A stretch of DNA of 38,964 bases from Octopus bimaculoides. Its lineage: Eukaryota. Of the stretch, positions 1 through 11,733 are shown one piece after another. A program made the position numbers and the translations under genes. The first letter of the stretch is position 1, and the number at the start of each line of letters is the position of its first letter. Below the pieces are notes generated by a model. The model ran no database searches and was not told the DNA's origin. It saw nothing but the letters and a program-made list of their open reading frames with translations. The stretch is from NCBI RefSeq assembly GCF_001194135.2, contig NC_068989.1:34491272-34530235 (forward strand), in the 5' to 3' direction.

Positions 1-1
1 A

Positions 2-244
2 TTGGTACAATTCCCTGCTACCACTGTTCTTCCAGTCCGTCCAAGCTTGTTTCTTTTGTCTAATAGCCCCGTCTACCTCCTTGTTCCACCACCACGTTAC
101 TCTGGGTCGAGAGGGGACTTTACACCAGCCACAGATCTGGTCGGTGGCTCTCAACAGGTTGTCCCGCAGAAATCTCCAATTGTCTTCCACGTTGTATGAT
201 GCTATATCCCCTTCTATTTCGTCAAATGCTTCAAGTAACTTGTC
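2..244 (-). mobile_element. RTE-clade LINE ORF2 fragment (linker between endonuclease and RT), continues off the window edge
   Basis: Manual minus-strand translation is open for 81 codons: DKLLEAFDEIEGDIASYNVEDNWRFLRDNLLRATDQICGWCKVPSRPRVTWWWNKEVDGAIRQKKQAWTDWKNSGSRELYQ. The WWWN..V..AI..KK motif is typical of RTE ORF2. Confidence 0.85.
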
Positions 245-779
245 TCTTTATGTCCTTCTCAATTTCTTTTAGGCATTCTTCTATGGCCTCCTCACTCACC
301 ATCTTGATTTTTTGTACTTTTAACAGATAGCATTCTGTATACCACCATTTTTCTATTTTTCATATCAGTGACATCTTCAGGATAGGGTCAACTTCAGCCT
401 TGACCTCTCCTGCTGTATTAATTTACTGCTCTTCTTCAGTACTTCCATATCCATCATTACCTCCTCAACTTCCAGCAGGTTAACAGTGGCTGTACCACTT
501 CCATGGCTTGCTACAGTAGTGTAGCTCCCGGCTTGAGCCTGCTCGGGTGCCTACACTACTTCCATAGTATTTGCACTATTTTCACCCATAAATGGGGGAG
601 AAAACAAAACAAGGCAAACAGTACAACAATAAGTCAAAAATTTCAACAGTAGGTAAACCCGTTAGGGAGAACCCTCAACAAAAGACAACATGACTTATCT
701 GAAACAGAATCACAAGTGATTTAACAGAGATTCAGGTGCATACGACACTGTTGTAGCTTTGAGGACTGACACTGCTTTC

Positions 780-915
780 TTCATTGCTTTTCCAACTTCC
801 TATATGGCTGAATGTGGGTTCACCACAGTTACACAGCTTCTTACTAAACAAAGAAACTGCCTGCAAATTACAAAACGAGATCTACAATTACTTCTAAGCA
901 GCATGGAACTCTAGG
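780..915 (+). mobile_element. hAT (Buster/SCAND3-like) transposase C-terminal dimerisation-domain remnant, frameshifted
   Basis: Translates FIAFPTSYMAECGF/(frameshift)/TTVTQLLTKQRNCLQITKRDLQLLLSSMEL*, resembling the FPTSYLVERGFS..T.LLTK.RNRL....DLRL.L pattern of hAT C-termini. Confidence 0.65.
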
Positions 916-1215
916 TTTGAAAACAATTTTTTAGATTCATTTATTTTTCGTTTGAGTAATAGAAAAAGATTTTTAAAATGATCCCATGTATCATGGTGAG
1001 AGAAACAAATTCATAAATACGGTGTTGAATATGGTTTCACTATGGAAAAAAATGTTAATCGTCATTTAGCTGTTGTTTTTAGCACATCTCCACTGTAGGG
1101 ATCTTTTTTAAAACCTTTTTCTATTTCTCAAATGAAAAATAAATGAATCTAAAAATTTTTTTTCAAACCTAGAATTCCATGCCGCTTAGAAGCAATTGTA
1201 GATGTCGTTTTGTAA
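868..1215. repeat. Inverted repeat: 118-bp arms (868-985 and 1098-1215) with a 112-bp spacer
   Basis: Arm 1 TTACAAAACGAGATCTACAATTACTTCTAAGCAGCATGGAACTCTAGGTTTG...GATCCC aligns with the reverse complement of arm 2 TTACAAAACGACATCTACAATTGCTTCTAAGCGGCATGGAATTCTAGGTTTG...GATCCC, about 90% identical by eye. Confidence 0.9.
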
Positions 1216-1419
1216 AAAAATAATTTATGAATTTCTTTCTCTTCAAAAGTCCTCTCCCCACCTCCTCAGAAAAATTTTCCCCACGAATTTCTTTATGATC
1301 GTAATCTATGCCATTTGAAAGGTATTTATATGAAATTTCATTAAAAGATATACATTTTCCTAAAAGCTTCTTGACCACATAGCACCGCTAGGCTCTCTAT
1401 CCCACTTACATGTACCCAC

Positions 1420-2090
1420 TTGTGGAAACACCTCCAGCTGCTTCAAACAAATAAGGCCACCAGCTCTGACAAGGCCCCTTCCATTACACTTAAACAATGT
1501 GCCCCAGAACGTGTTCCTACACCCTCCAAACTCTTTAATATCTCACTCACAGCAGGGATATTCTCCAACATTTAGAGGCACACTCCAATGTGTGCAGTTT
1601 CAAAGGAAGGCAACTATTAACATCTCTAACATCACTAAGGTAGTGGAGATAGCCATCAGCAGACATTCTCTAGCAATTTGGATCTCTCTCTCTCTCTCTT
1701 TTCTGCAAAACCAGAACTGCTGCTGACCTACTCTCTTATGTCACTCACCAGTGAGCTCTCTTTTTAGAGAAGTTTGGTAAAAGCAGTGTTATTCTAGACA
1801 TCAGCAAAGCCATGAATAGCAAGCAAATCTCTAATCAAAACTTCATATCTACAAACTCTGCTCATGTCTTGGATCAATAGCTTGTTATCTGACTGCTCTA
1901 TCATAGCACATGTTGAGGGAATTCTTTCTGCCCCACTCTCATTCAACTGTGGTATTCTCCATGGTTTCTTATATCAATGATCTCTTCCAACAACTATTTA
2001 GCATCCACATACATCAAATGGCAAATGCCATTAATGGAGAGCTTGGGAGAATGCTCCAGTAGGGCCATATCAACCATGTCTCTCTTAGCA
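1420..2090 (+). mobile_element. Degenerate CR1/L2-group LINE reverse transcriptase fragment
   Basis: Broken frames give TNKATSSDKAPSITLKQCAPE...KLFNISLTAGIF, DLLSYVTHQ...LDISKA, VEGILSAPLSFNCGILHG and INDL, matching NKATGPD..LKECAPEL, LDISKAFD and GVPQG..INDL RT motifs. Confidence 0.7.
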
Positions 2091-2159
2091 GCAAAACTCA
2101 GCTACTCTAAACAGGAGTGGTACTTAACTAGAACTCTTGAATATAATATCAGCTAGAGC

Positions 2160-2313
2160 TCTCGGAGTTACTCAATTTGGAAGGGCATTCAGCTGTAAAA
2201 ATCCTGCTAAAACATTCATAGAAGTTTGGTGCAGGCTTCTGCCTGGCTGGCTCCTGTCAAACTATCCCACCCACACCAGCATGGAAGACAGATGTCAAAC
2301 AATGATGATGATG
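2160..2313 (+). mobile_element. 3' end of an RTE-type LINE/SINE family with (ATG)n tail
   Basis: Reverse complement aligns with 38750-38964 and 28698-28860 (CATCATCATCG/ATTGTTT..C..CTTCCATGCT.G..TGGGT...CAGCTG.ATGCCCTTCC). Ends in a GAT/ATG repeat tail. Confidence 0.7.

Positions 2314-2314
<1 letters not shown>

Positions 2315-2348
<34 letters not shown>
2315..2348. repeat. (TA)n microsatellite
   Basis: Pure TA run seen directly. Confidence 0.95.
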
Positions 2349-2354
<6 letters not shown>

Positions 2355-2361
2355 CATATAT

Positions 2362-2710
2362 AGGCACAGGCATGGCTGTGGTAAGAAGCAAACTTCCCAA
2401 CCACATGATTCTGCATTCAGTCCCACTGCATGGCAAATGTCTTCTACTATAGCCTCAGGTTGACTAAAGCCTTGTGAAGGGAAACTGAAAGAAGCTCATC
2501 ATATGCATATGTGTGTCTTTATATCTGTCTTTGTCCCCCATTCTCTGCTTGACACCTGGTGTTGGTGTGCTTACATTCCCAAGAGACTGATAAAATAAGT
2601 ACTAGGCATAAAAAAAAAACAAGTCCTGGGGGTCGATTTGTTCAACTAAAACCCTTCGAGGTGGTGCCCCATCATGGTTGCAGTCAAAATGACTGAGACA
2701 AGTAAAAGAT
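2362..2710 (+). mobile_element. tRNA-derived SINE (Octopus-type)
   Basis: GGCATGGCTGTGGTAAGAAG head, degenerate B-box (TTCAGTCCC), body ...GATAAAATAAGTACTAGG...GGGGTCGATTTGTTC...GGTGGTGCCCC. A reverse-complement relative lies at 20575-20725. Confidence 0.65.
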
Positions 2711-2833
2711 ATATGCACATACATATGTATGCATTTAAGTGTGTATATATATATATATAAATATTTATATAAAGTTGTATATATATATATGATGATATAC
2801 TCATGTGGGTGGGGTGAGCAGTGTTATTGTGTT

Positions 2834-2900
2834 CAGGACCTGATTTATAGGAGCGAAGGGGGAAATTGCCCCAGGTCCCCTTGGTAACCAGAGCCCCTGT
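2834..2900 (+). mobile_element. Short GC-rich MITE-like end (CAGG.C.GATTTA...GGGGG.AATT.CC), related to the inverted copy at 4175-4244
   Basis: CAGGACCTGATTTATAGGAGCGAAGGGGGAAATTGCCCCAGG versus reverse complement of 4244-4175 CAGGGTCGGATTTACAAGGAGTCGAAGGGGGCAATTACCATAGG. Confidence 0.5.
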
Positions 2901-4174
2901 TATGAAGGGTATAGCGCACTCAATACAGGGTGGTCCCACCTCCCAGGAAACTTGCATGAAGATGCTCTCTTTCAATATACAAACATATCTTATGTAATGG
3001 ATTCTCTTTTTTGATAAATAATCTTAGATTTCTCCACGTTAGCAACACCAATTTATTCAATTAAAAAACAGTTTGTTACCCAGTACCAAAATCAGTTACA
3101 ATTCCCAAGAGAAATGTAACTGATTCTGTATGTATGTATGTATGTATGCATGCATGCATTTATCTGTAAGTGTGTGTGAGAGAAAGAGAGACAGACAGAG
3201 AGTATGAATGTATTTAAATATAGAGATAAAGAGATTTATACAAAGAAGTTATTTATTGTCTCTAGTTCAAATTCTTTCTTTCAACACATAACTGGAAAAT
3301 GATCTTGGATTGACCACATGCAATTAAAGACATGCACAAACATACACACACACACACACACAAACAAAAACACGCGCACACATATATTGCTACTTCTAAA
3401 CTTCCTTATTTCAGTGAGGCATTAAAAACTTTGATCTTATTTTATGAAAGAAGTAAGTAAGGAATATGTAACCAAATTTAAATTTTGGATTTAGTTCTAA
3501 TTATAAAATGACTAAACAGAACAGGTGGATACACATGGATGGAAGAGCTGCTGAAGAGGTTACAGATGTGTGACAAAAGATTTCCAGGTAATAGACAGGA
3601 GATAAAATAAGAACAATAATAAACAAGTGAAGAATGAATATATAGTGCATGTGTTTATTTGGTAAGAAAAAAAAATGACCATCCCAGAATACAACAATAC
3701 TTGTTTCAACACATGGTTTCACATTAGGAAACTTGCAAAACAAATTCATAAATATATTTGTGCTTGTGCATCTTTAATTGCAAACAGTCTATCCAAGGTC
3801 ACTGCTCAGTCATGCATTGAAAAGAATTTGAAGTAGAGACAATAACTTCTCTCTATCAATCTCTCTATATATTCATACTCTCTTTCACATACATACACAC
3901 ACACACACAGATACATACATACATTTTTAGGAGTGTTGTTGTTTTCCTTTTGTCTGTCATTGTCCCAAAAGCAGCTACAATTAATTTCCAAGGGAATTGT
4001 AGCTGCTTTAGGAGTGGGTGGCAAACTGTTTTTTAATTGAATGAATTGGTGTCAAAAAAAAAGAGGATCTATTACATTTTTAAAGATATGTTTGTTTATT
4101 GAAAGAGAGCCTCTGCATGCAAGATTGCTGGGAAGTGAGGCCTCCCTTTATTGAGTGCTGCATATTCTTCATAG

Positions 4175-4244
4175 CAGGGGTGCCCAATATCTATCAGGAG
4201 CCTATGGTAATTGCCCCCTTCGACTCCTTGTAAATCCGACCCTG
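4175..4244 (-). mobile_element. Second copy of the short GC-rich MITE-like end, inverted relative to 2834-2900
   Basis: Pairwise similarity to 2834-2900; no shared target-site duplication found. Confidence 0.5.
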
Positions 4245-4249
4245 GGGAC

Positions 4250-4462
4250 ACCTTTTCTTCACTTCTACTGTAGCTAAATAAACCTGATGTCTAGCTTCCC
4301 TTTTAGCTTTCTGATATGATTCTTTGCTACCCTCTCTTTTCCATTTTTTTCAAACCTGTCTCTTCTCTTATGGCCCTGTCAACATCACTGTTCCACCACC
4401 ACACCACCCTTGGTCTGGCAGAGGCTTTGCTCCAACCAGTTGCCCTTAGTAAATTGTCCTCC
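4250..4462 (-). mobile_element. RTE LINE ORF2 fragment (same region as 2-244, more diverged)
   Basis: Minus-strand EDNLLRATGWSKASARPRVVWWWNSDVDRAIRE.../WKREGSKESYQKAKREARHQVYLA. Confidence 0.8.
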
Positions 4463-5689
4463 TTACACACACACACACACACCAATCTTTATCAATTAAC
4501 AAAAGGAATGTATAAATAATCAAATGGAAACACATTTTGCATACATTCAACATTTTATTCACCATAAGATTAAAAATCACAATGCTTAAATCACCAAAAT
4601 AATTCTGTTGTACATTTGAAACTGTCTTAAGAAATAATTAAATATTCTAGACATTAAAATCATTTTGATTGGATCAAAATAAATAAATTGAGAATAGGAT
4701 TACTTGAGTTTAATACAGAAATGAAATTGATTATATCTCTTGATAGTATAGCAAAGATATGTTATTGTGTCATATTTTCTTGGTCAACACTAAGTATGGC
4801 TAGTTTTCTGTCATAATCTTGCTAGATAGGTTTTAAATTTAAATTTTAAAAGAATAAGTAGTAAAACTTTGAGAGGTAAAAAAACCCAGATTCACACCAA
4901 GTTTTTTTAACATAAAATAGTTTGATCACACCTCCTAATTCACAGCCAACCTGAAGGCCTTCAGTTTGAACTAAACATATAATTTTCTTTAATTTCTGTT
5001 CATATCTATTTTTACAGGCTAATAATCTATGTTGGATGATTTCTGCAAATTTATATATTTGATATTTGTACATTGTTGGAGGTTACTGTTGAATATCTGT
5101 CTAATCACCACCCATTAGCAATGGGACCTATATGCTATTGAGGCACATTAAGGCAAGCTGAGTTATGTATCATGCCCAGGGACAAACACATTGGTCTATA
5201 AATAACATTTTATCTTGTGACCATATGGTTAGTAGATTATCTCACGTCTATGCAGTCAGTAGGTTATCAAGTTGAATTTGTAACCATTGTACTTTGTACT
5301 TCTTAAACAATGAAAGGTAAATGAAATATGAAATAACTGGATAAAAATACTGTAAATACATATGTATATACTATTTAAACCTATTTATTAGTTAATTATG
5401 GCTTGAAAACAAAGGAAAAACAAATGTAAAAACATGAAAATTTCTTTATAAATTGAGAAATAAGGAACGAATTTACCTTATAGCTAAAAGGAGGTTCGCA
5501 AAAACAGAAAATGAATTTATAATAAAGAACACAGAACATTGGTAAAGTATGATGATTCAACAAATAAAATGATGAAAATAACGAAAAAAAAATTCAACAT
5601 TGAGTTTAATGGTTCAATACTCTGAATATTGAAGAATTTAGGAAGCCACTTCATTTCCAGTTCTCCTTAACCTAAAAATTAATAATGGT

Positions 5690-5900
5690 TTTAGCAAAGG
5701 CCTGCAATTTTAGGGGAAAGGGGTGTTGGTTATATCAACTCCAGTACTTGAATTGGACTCTATTTTACGAACTCCAAAAGGATGTAAGGCAAAAACTGAC
5801 CTCAGCAGGATTTGAATGCAGAAATGTAAAGAACCATAAGAAATGCTGCAAAGCATTTTGTCTGATGCTTTAATATTCTGCCAGCTCACCACCTTATACT
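5690..5900 (-). mobile_element. tRNA-derived SINE, diverged copy of the family at 24690-24909
   Basis: Shares ..AAGG.CTG.AATTTT.GGG...CCAGTACT...AAAGGATG.AAGGCAAA...ACCTC.GC.G.ATTTGAA..CAGAA.GTA with the other copies. Confidence 0.75.
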
Positions 5901-6653
5901 AAAAATGAATAAAGTTTGAAGAAAACATAACATACACAGATATTTTTTTTTATCAGAGGTGGCTTTTGTATTAATAAGCCAAAAGAGCAGTGAGTTTATA
6001 CAAAACTAATTTAATTTTATTCTTTTATATATAAAGTTGTTCTGGATTTCACTTCATCTTTTTGATCATTTTGATAGTTGATATATAATGGGGCTGATTT
6101 AAAACTGCAAACTGGTAATGAACCTTACAAACATATGAGAAGATGAGCAACATGTATATGCACATATAAACAGAAATGAAAAACAAATAAAAACAATAAT
6201 TCATTTCCATTTACTTTTCTAGAATCTTTAATCTTAAAAATTTTCCAAACTAACATACAAAAAAACAAAAAAAAAACAAAAGCAAAAAACCCCCAAAAAC
6301 AAGAAGTTGAAAATAAAAGAAAGAAATATAGGGTAGAGATGAAGACTAACGCTGGTAAAAGAATATCTAGCTTTAATTGTTCTTTATATTGGTAACATTT
6401 CAAAATAGAAATTGTTTACTGAGGGAAAACATATATTCTCAATAACAAAAAGAAAAAAACAATTTTTGAATCCAAATGCAAATGGTCAGGGAGAAGTGAG
6501 GTAAAAGAGTAATGAAAGTAGTTTTATGTTTGTATGTCTGTCAGTCAGTCTTTGTTATGTGTGTCTGTCTGACCTTGTAATGTTTGCATGTCCATCTGTC
6601 TGCCTGGTCGTTTCTCTTCATTATGTTATTTATGTCCACGTGTTTGTCCTTGC

Positions 6654-6655
<2 letters not shown>

Positions 6656-6722
<67 letters not shown>
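6656..6722. repeat. (TG)n microsatellite within a degenerate TGTY-rich tract (about 6525-6800)
   Basis: Pure TG run seen directly. Confidence 0.95.
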
Positions 6723-6725
<3 letters not shown>

Positions 6726-9700
6726 TATGTTTGTTTGTCTTTATGTTTCCATGTCCATCTTTCTGTATGTCTGTCCTTTCTCCTTGTTATGTTTGTACAA
6801 TTAAAACATCACAGTGGCATCACAGTGTGTCCTTGGGCAAGATATATCACTCTATCAAGAAGAGCTAAAACTCAACAGTTCCCAACTTCAGTTTATGTAA
6901 ATATATAAAATTTCAGAATGATCCAAATTACACTAGCATGGGCAAAAAGTAAAACAAACTAGAAGAGGAAAACTTATATTGAATTATAATTTCTACAAGA
7001 AAATAAGGAATTTATATAAAATTTTGCAATGATGCAACAATTGAGATTCTTGCCATTTCAAGTCAGCACAGAATTTTCTAAAGATTATAAACATTTATGA
7101 TTCTATTTTTATTTATCTATTTTTTTTATATTCTTATTAAGTTAAACAACAATTCACTGATATTTGAAACAACCATGAAAGAATACTATTTTCTTTTAAA
7201 TAGTAGGAAAAAATCTTTATCTAACAGAAAAGATGTATTTCTAATATAGGTATACTATATAACTACTCACATACACAGTTAACAGACTGGTAAAATATTC
7301 AGAGCTATTCAGTGCATTTTCATTTTTATTTTACCTTTGGTAAAATTATTATAATTAAATATATATAGTTACAAATACATAAAGCTTAGAGCTATGTGAA
7401 TTGCTTTACCTCAGCAACCATTGTTCCTGGAAAATCTATTTGGAAGTAATGTTGAATTTATTTTTTTAATAAATAGCAAATTTTCTAAGCCACCCAAGTC
7501 TGATGTCTTATGTCTATTTTCGTTCATTTTCATCTTCACATTTTCTCTTTTAAATATTTTATTTATATATTTGAATATATTTCCACCTCCTAATTTCTCA
7601 TTTCCACTATATGCTTTTGATACAAAAACTCTTCAATCACCATGATTACTATGATACTGATATGATTGTACTCTACAAATGTTTATAAATATATCCAGCT
7701 GGAAAACACTCTAATTAGCATGGAACTTCAACTCATGGTAAAATATTAACATTTATTTGCGATTTTATAAATGTATTAGATAAATATTACTATTCTTATC
7801 TACTACAATTAGCCTTATTTTTGTTTACAAATTATGTGTGTGTTTAAGTATAGGTCTCATGTTAGCTTTCACAACTGAGTGTTTCACTAGTTTGATCATA
7901 CATACTATATTCAATGTTTTATAGTCTAAGTGGTTATGGCTTCTACAGAGATCTGAAACCTTAATGCAATCCTTCTACACACACACACACACTATGCTAT
8001 GGTTCATAAGCTACAAAAAATAATAAAAATAAACAGTTTTTAATTTTTATTTAAATGAATTCACTTCATTTTTGATTGCCCTCTATATAAATTTTGGGAA
8101 AAATAAAATTACAAATAAACTAATTTTAGATATGAGAATAGAAAAATTAATTTTAAAAAAAGAACTAAGTAGTTGAGTGTATGAAATAATGATGTAAAGA
8201 ATGCTTATGATTTATTACTAAATTTTTCAAAATCCCCTTACAAGAGACTATATATTTTGAGTATTTTTGTAAGAAATGGAGAGTTTACATATAACAGACA
8301 CAGCACTCATTAATGAGACAATATGTAAAAGAGAAAACCTAACTAGATCTTGGCAATTATCTTTGTATCAATAAATATTTGGTATCATAGCTTTTCTGTT
8401 AGGGTAGGCAAATTTCCCACAAATTGCAAAATTACAAATTTCTCAATGAATGGTAAAATTAGACTGATTTTAGTCAGTGGGTATCATTAAGAATAGAACG
8501 ACCAGAACAACTTCTTTTCGGCACTTTTCTATTCTATTTGGCAGGTAAATTTCACTAAATTTCTACAGATGTATTTATATATAAAGAAAAAACGAAATGA
8601 ACAATGAAAAACCACTGTATCCTTATTTTATTTCGAATAAGGGAAAATATATATAAAGAGAAAAATATATGTATATATCTATTTGTTTTTTTAATTAAAA
8701 TGAGAGAGAAATTCAGTTGAAAAAATATAGCCCTTTAATAGTATAAAGGAGTCGATGTATTGAAATGATAGGCACTGTCAAATGAAGGGAATAAGTTAGG
8801 AAAATAGAGGAAATTTATGAGGAAAATTAAAGTACAAGGAAAAAAAAAACCAAAGCTAAAATTTTGAGGAAGAAAATATCAACAATCAGAAGACACATAA
8901 ATAAAACCCTATTAAAGAATACTTCTGGTATGTGTAGGTTATTAAGATTGGGGAAGGCTGGGGTGGGGTGGGGGAGAGGAGAACACAGTAAAAAATGGAC
9001 ATGACTCAATACATAACCAATTTAGGATGTATTGATAATCCCATTGAAAACAAGAAAACAGTAGAAAAGATTAGGTCCATCCTATATAGGGGCAAGTTTA
9101 TCAATATAGGAACAAACACAACATAATTAGAATTAAAGACAAAGAAATATTAAGGTATTTGAAATTGTATTCAGGAATGTTGTATTACTAAAATATCAAT
9201 TTAATCTAAATTATTGTTTATCAGAAATAAACAAAGGAAAATAATAATAAAATTATTTCATTTAGATATTGCATTTTGTTTGAAATTTCAATTAAGTAAA
9301 ATGAGAATTTTTCATTTAATAAAATTATCATCTTAAAAAAAACTATTATAGAGCTTTATATTCTGTTGAACTGTAATCAGGTAGTTAATATAATTGATTC
9401 TAAAATGGTTACTTATATATTCCAAGAAAAATGAAAATAATTGGCAACATATTGGTTATGTATTTTCAACAAGTCCCAGCCTTCCATTCGATTCAGTCGT
9501 TGTGACCCTGCCTACACAGCTAGTTCAAGAGAGTAGGGGACACTTAACGCCCCATCTCCATATTACAATCGTTGTGATCCTGCCTCTACTGACAACAATG
9601 GTACCAATACCATCTAGATAGGGTGGTAAGGTGTTTGCTGTTTATCCTGCCTCCATCATATTTGGCCAGCTTTATGCAGATACAGAGGATAACAATATTA

Positions 9701-11470
9701 TGGAAGAAGTTATTAGCTAAATATCAAAAAGAAGAGTGAGAGAAGAGATATATAAATGATACACAGATCAGCCAAGATCAATAATTTTTTTAGTTTTTTT
9801 TTTACATTTTAATTAAATAAAATATCATGAAAAAAAAGAAAAAGAAAGAAACACTAACAACATTATGAAAGTATTGTGGAGACTGAATTAAAATTTCTTG
9901 CAGATTGAGAGAAGTGAAATGAGAATATGTTCACATACTTTTCAAAAGAAACCATGAAGTGAAGTGAAAATACTCCAACTGGGAATCAAAATTAGGTTGC
10001 AGAACTTACTGTATTATCCCACTAAAGGCAACTAAAAATACAAAACTTAGTTTTCGATAACTAACTACTTATATTGAAGTCCAAATATCTTAGTTTTTAT
10101 CTAGAATTAGTGCAAGTATATGTGTGTGTGTGTGTGTGTGTGTGCACACGCGCACATGGGCTTGTGTTTTGAGAGATTTAAACTAAAGTTACTCATGCCA
10201 AACAGTAAAAACGGGTTTAAGATGGAAAATACTTTATTGATTTGAAAACTATTGACAACAATAGCACAATTTACTACATAGATAAATTTAGATGACCTAG
10301 TTAATACAATTACATTGTGGAAAAGTCGTATTAACCATTTAAATACATCTGCTATTCTCATTTTATTTCTCAATACTACTATCACTAGAAAAATGAATAC
10401 AAACTGTTTGTCTGTGCTTAAATGGCAAAAATGACAAACACAATGCAATTATTTCCATTTCAAGAATGGATCAAGTCACTTGCTAACCAAGTACAACTCT
10501 CTCTATATATATAGATATATAAATATATATATNNNNNNNNNNNNNNNNTATATATATATATATATATCATATAATATTATAGTTTGTTATATTATAGAAG
10601 TCAAAAATTATTATTTTACCAGATTATGATTTAACCATCTGTACAAATTGAAACTAAATTTGAATTTTAGCACAAAATTTGAAGTGGTAAAATGTAGTCA
10701 TATGTACCCCTAAGTTTTACAATCAAAATTAGTAAGATTTTATATGAAGAAAACTAAGTTTCTTAATGTGTGTGAGAAATAATGAAAAACGGTTTTCCAT
10801 GTGTGGCACAAATAAAATTGTGGAAACAAGACTATATCTAACATAACTGTGAAAATATCTTGAAATTCATTCAGAAAATTTACTTGTATTACACATAGTT
10901 TATTCAGACTAATACATTAAAAATATTTTTTAGTAGACTAAGAGATCAATGTCAAATGTTTAGGATTACTGTTGAAACATTACTGTCCAAGAAAAATGAA
11001 AAGTAGTCATCTCCAGGAGGAAAAGCAGTCACCTCCATGGAGGTAACAACTAAATAACACAATTATCTTGTTCATCATTCTGCCAACTACCGACCTTTGC
11101 ATCATTATTAACAACTATATTAATGAAAAATATTCTGGAAATTAAAGTATTTTCTCATAATTTACGGGTGTGAAGAGTTAAGAAAAAAGAAAACAAATTC
11201 ATTTCTAAAACATTTGATCACTAATGAAAATCCCAAATTAATAATGTTAATTGAATAAATATCTAAGGGGAAAACATCAGATCAGTATTTTTTTTTACTG
11301 TGACTGTTTAAATGCAGCAGTGAAAGAATGACTGTAACCAAAAAAGAGAAAGAATAACAACAATGGCAACAACAACAATTCATGAGGGTATGTTACTAAT
11401 TTTAGTAGCAGCATATCAACTACTGGATCTGTGACGACGATACAAGGCCCAGCACTACAATAGTAATAGC

Positions 11471-11564
11471 TCATTCATCACCTCCATAATCCAAAATGTG
11501 TTCAAAGGAGAATGGCTGAAACAGATATCCAGAGCCTTGATAAAATTTGTTCTGGAATTCAACC
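11471..11564 (-). CDS. ATP6V0A1: V-ATPase V0 subunit a, terminal coding exon (W)[30 protein letters not shown]
   Basis: Acceptor gttttcag|G; phase 2 matches the preceding exon (TG|G = Trp); WVEFQ.KFY.G.GY.F.PFSF is the conserved C-terminal motif of subunit a; TGA at 11473-11471. The symbol means ATP6V0A1-like; an invertebrate gene is co-orthologous to vertebrate a1-a4. Confidence 0.95.
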
Positions 11565-11675
11565 CTGAAAACAAAATAAAAAATAAACATAAATATATAC
11601 ACATATGAGCACACATAAGTATAAAGTCAAAAACAATAAGACAACAAAATATGATGAACATATAAATGCGCGCAC

Positions 11676-11730
<55 letters not shown>

Positions 11731-11733
<3 letters not shown>

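Noticed and set aside
6526-6908. CV-repeat ORFs, and similar IY/CV ORFs at 2137-2975, 19839-20138 and 32740-32994
   Set aside because: Dinucleotide microsatellite translations.
10107-10448. 113-aa minus-strand ORF as an alternative terminal exon
   Set aside because: No similarity to subunit a; AT-rich, probably 3' UTR or flank. Several AATAAA hexamers (e.g. 10904-10899, 10238-10233) exist but I cannot pick the real poly(A) site.
11455-11661. 68-aa minus-strand ORF overlapping the terminal exon
   Set aside because: Wrong frame; the real exon reads VEFQNKFY in another frame after a CAG acceptor.
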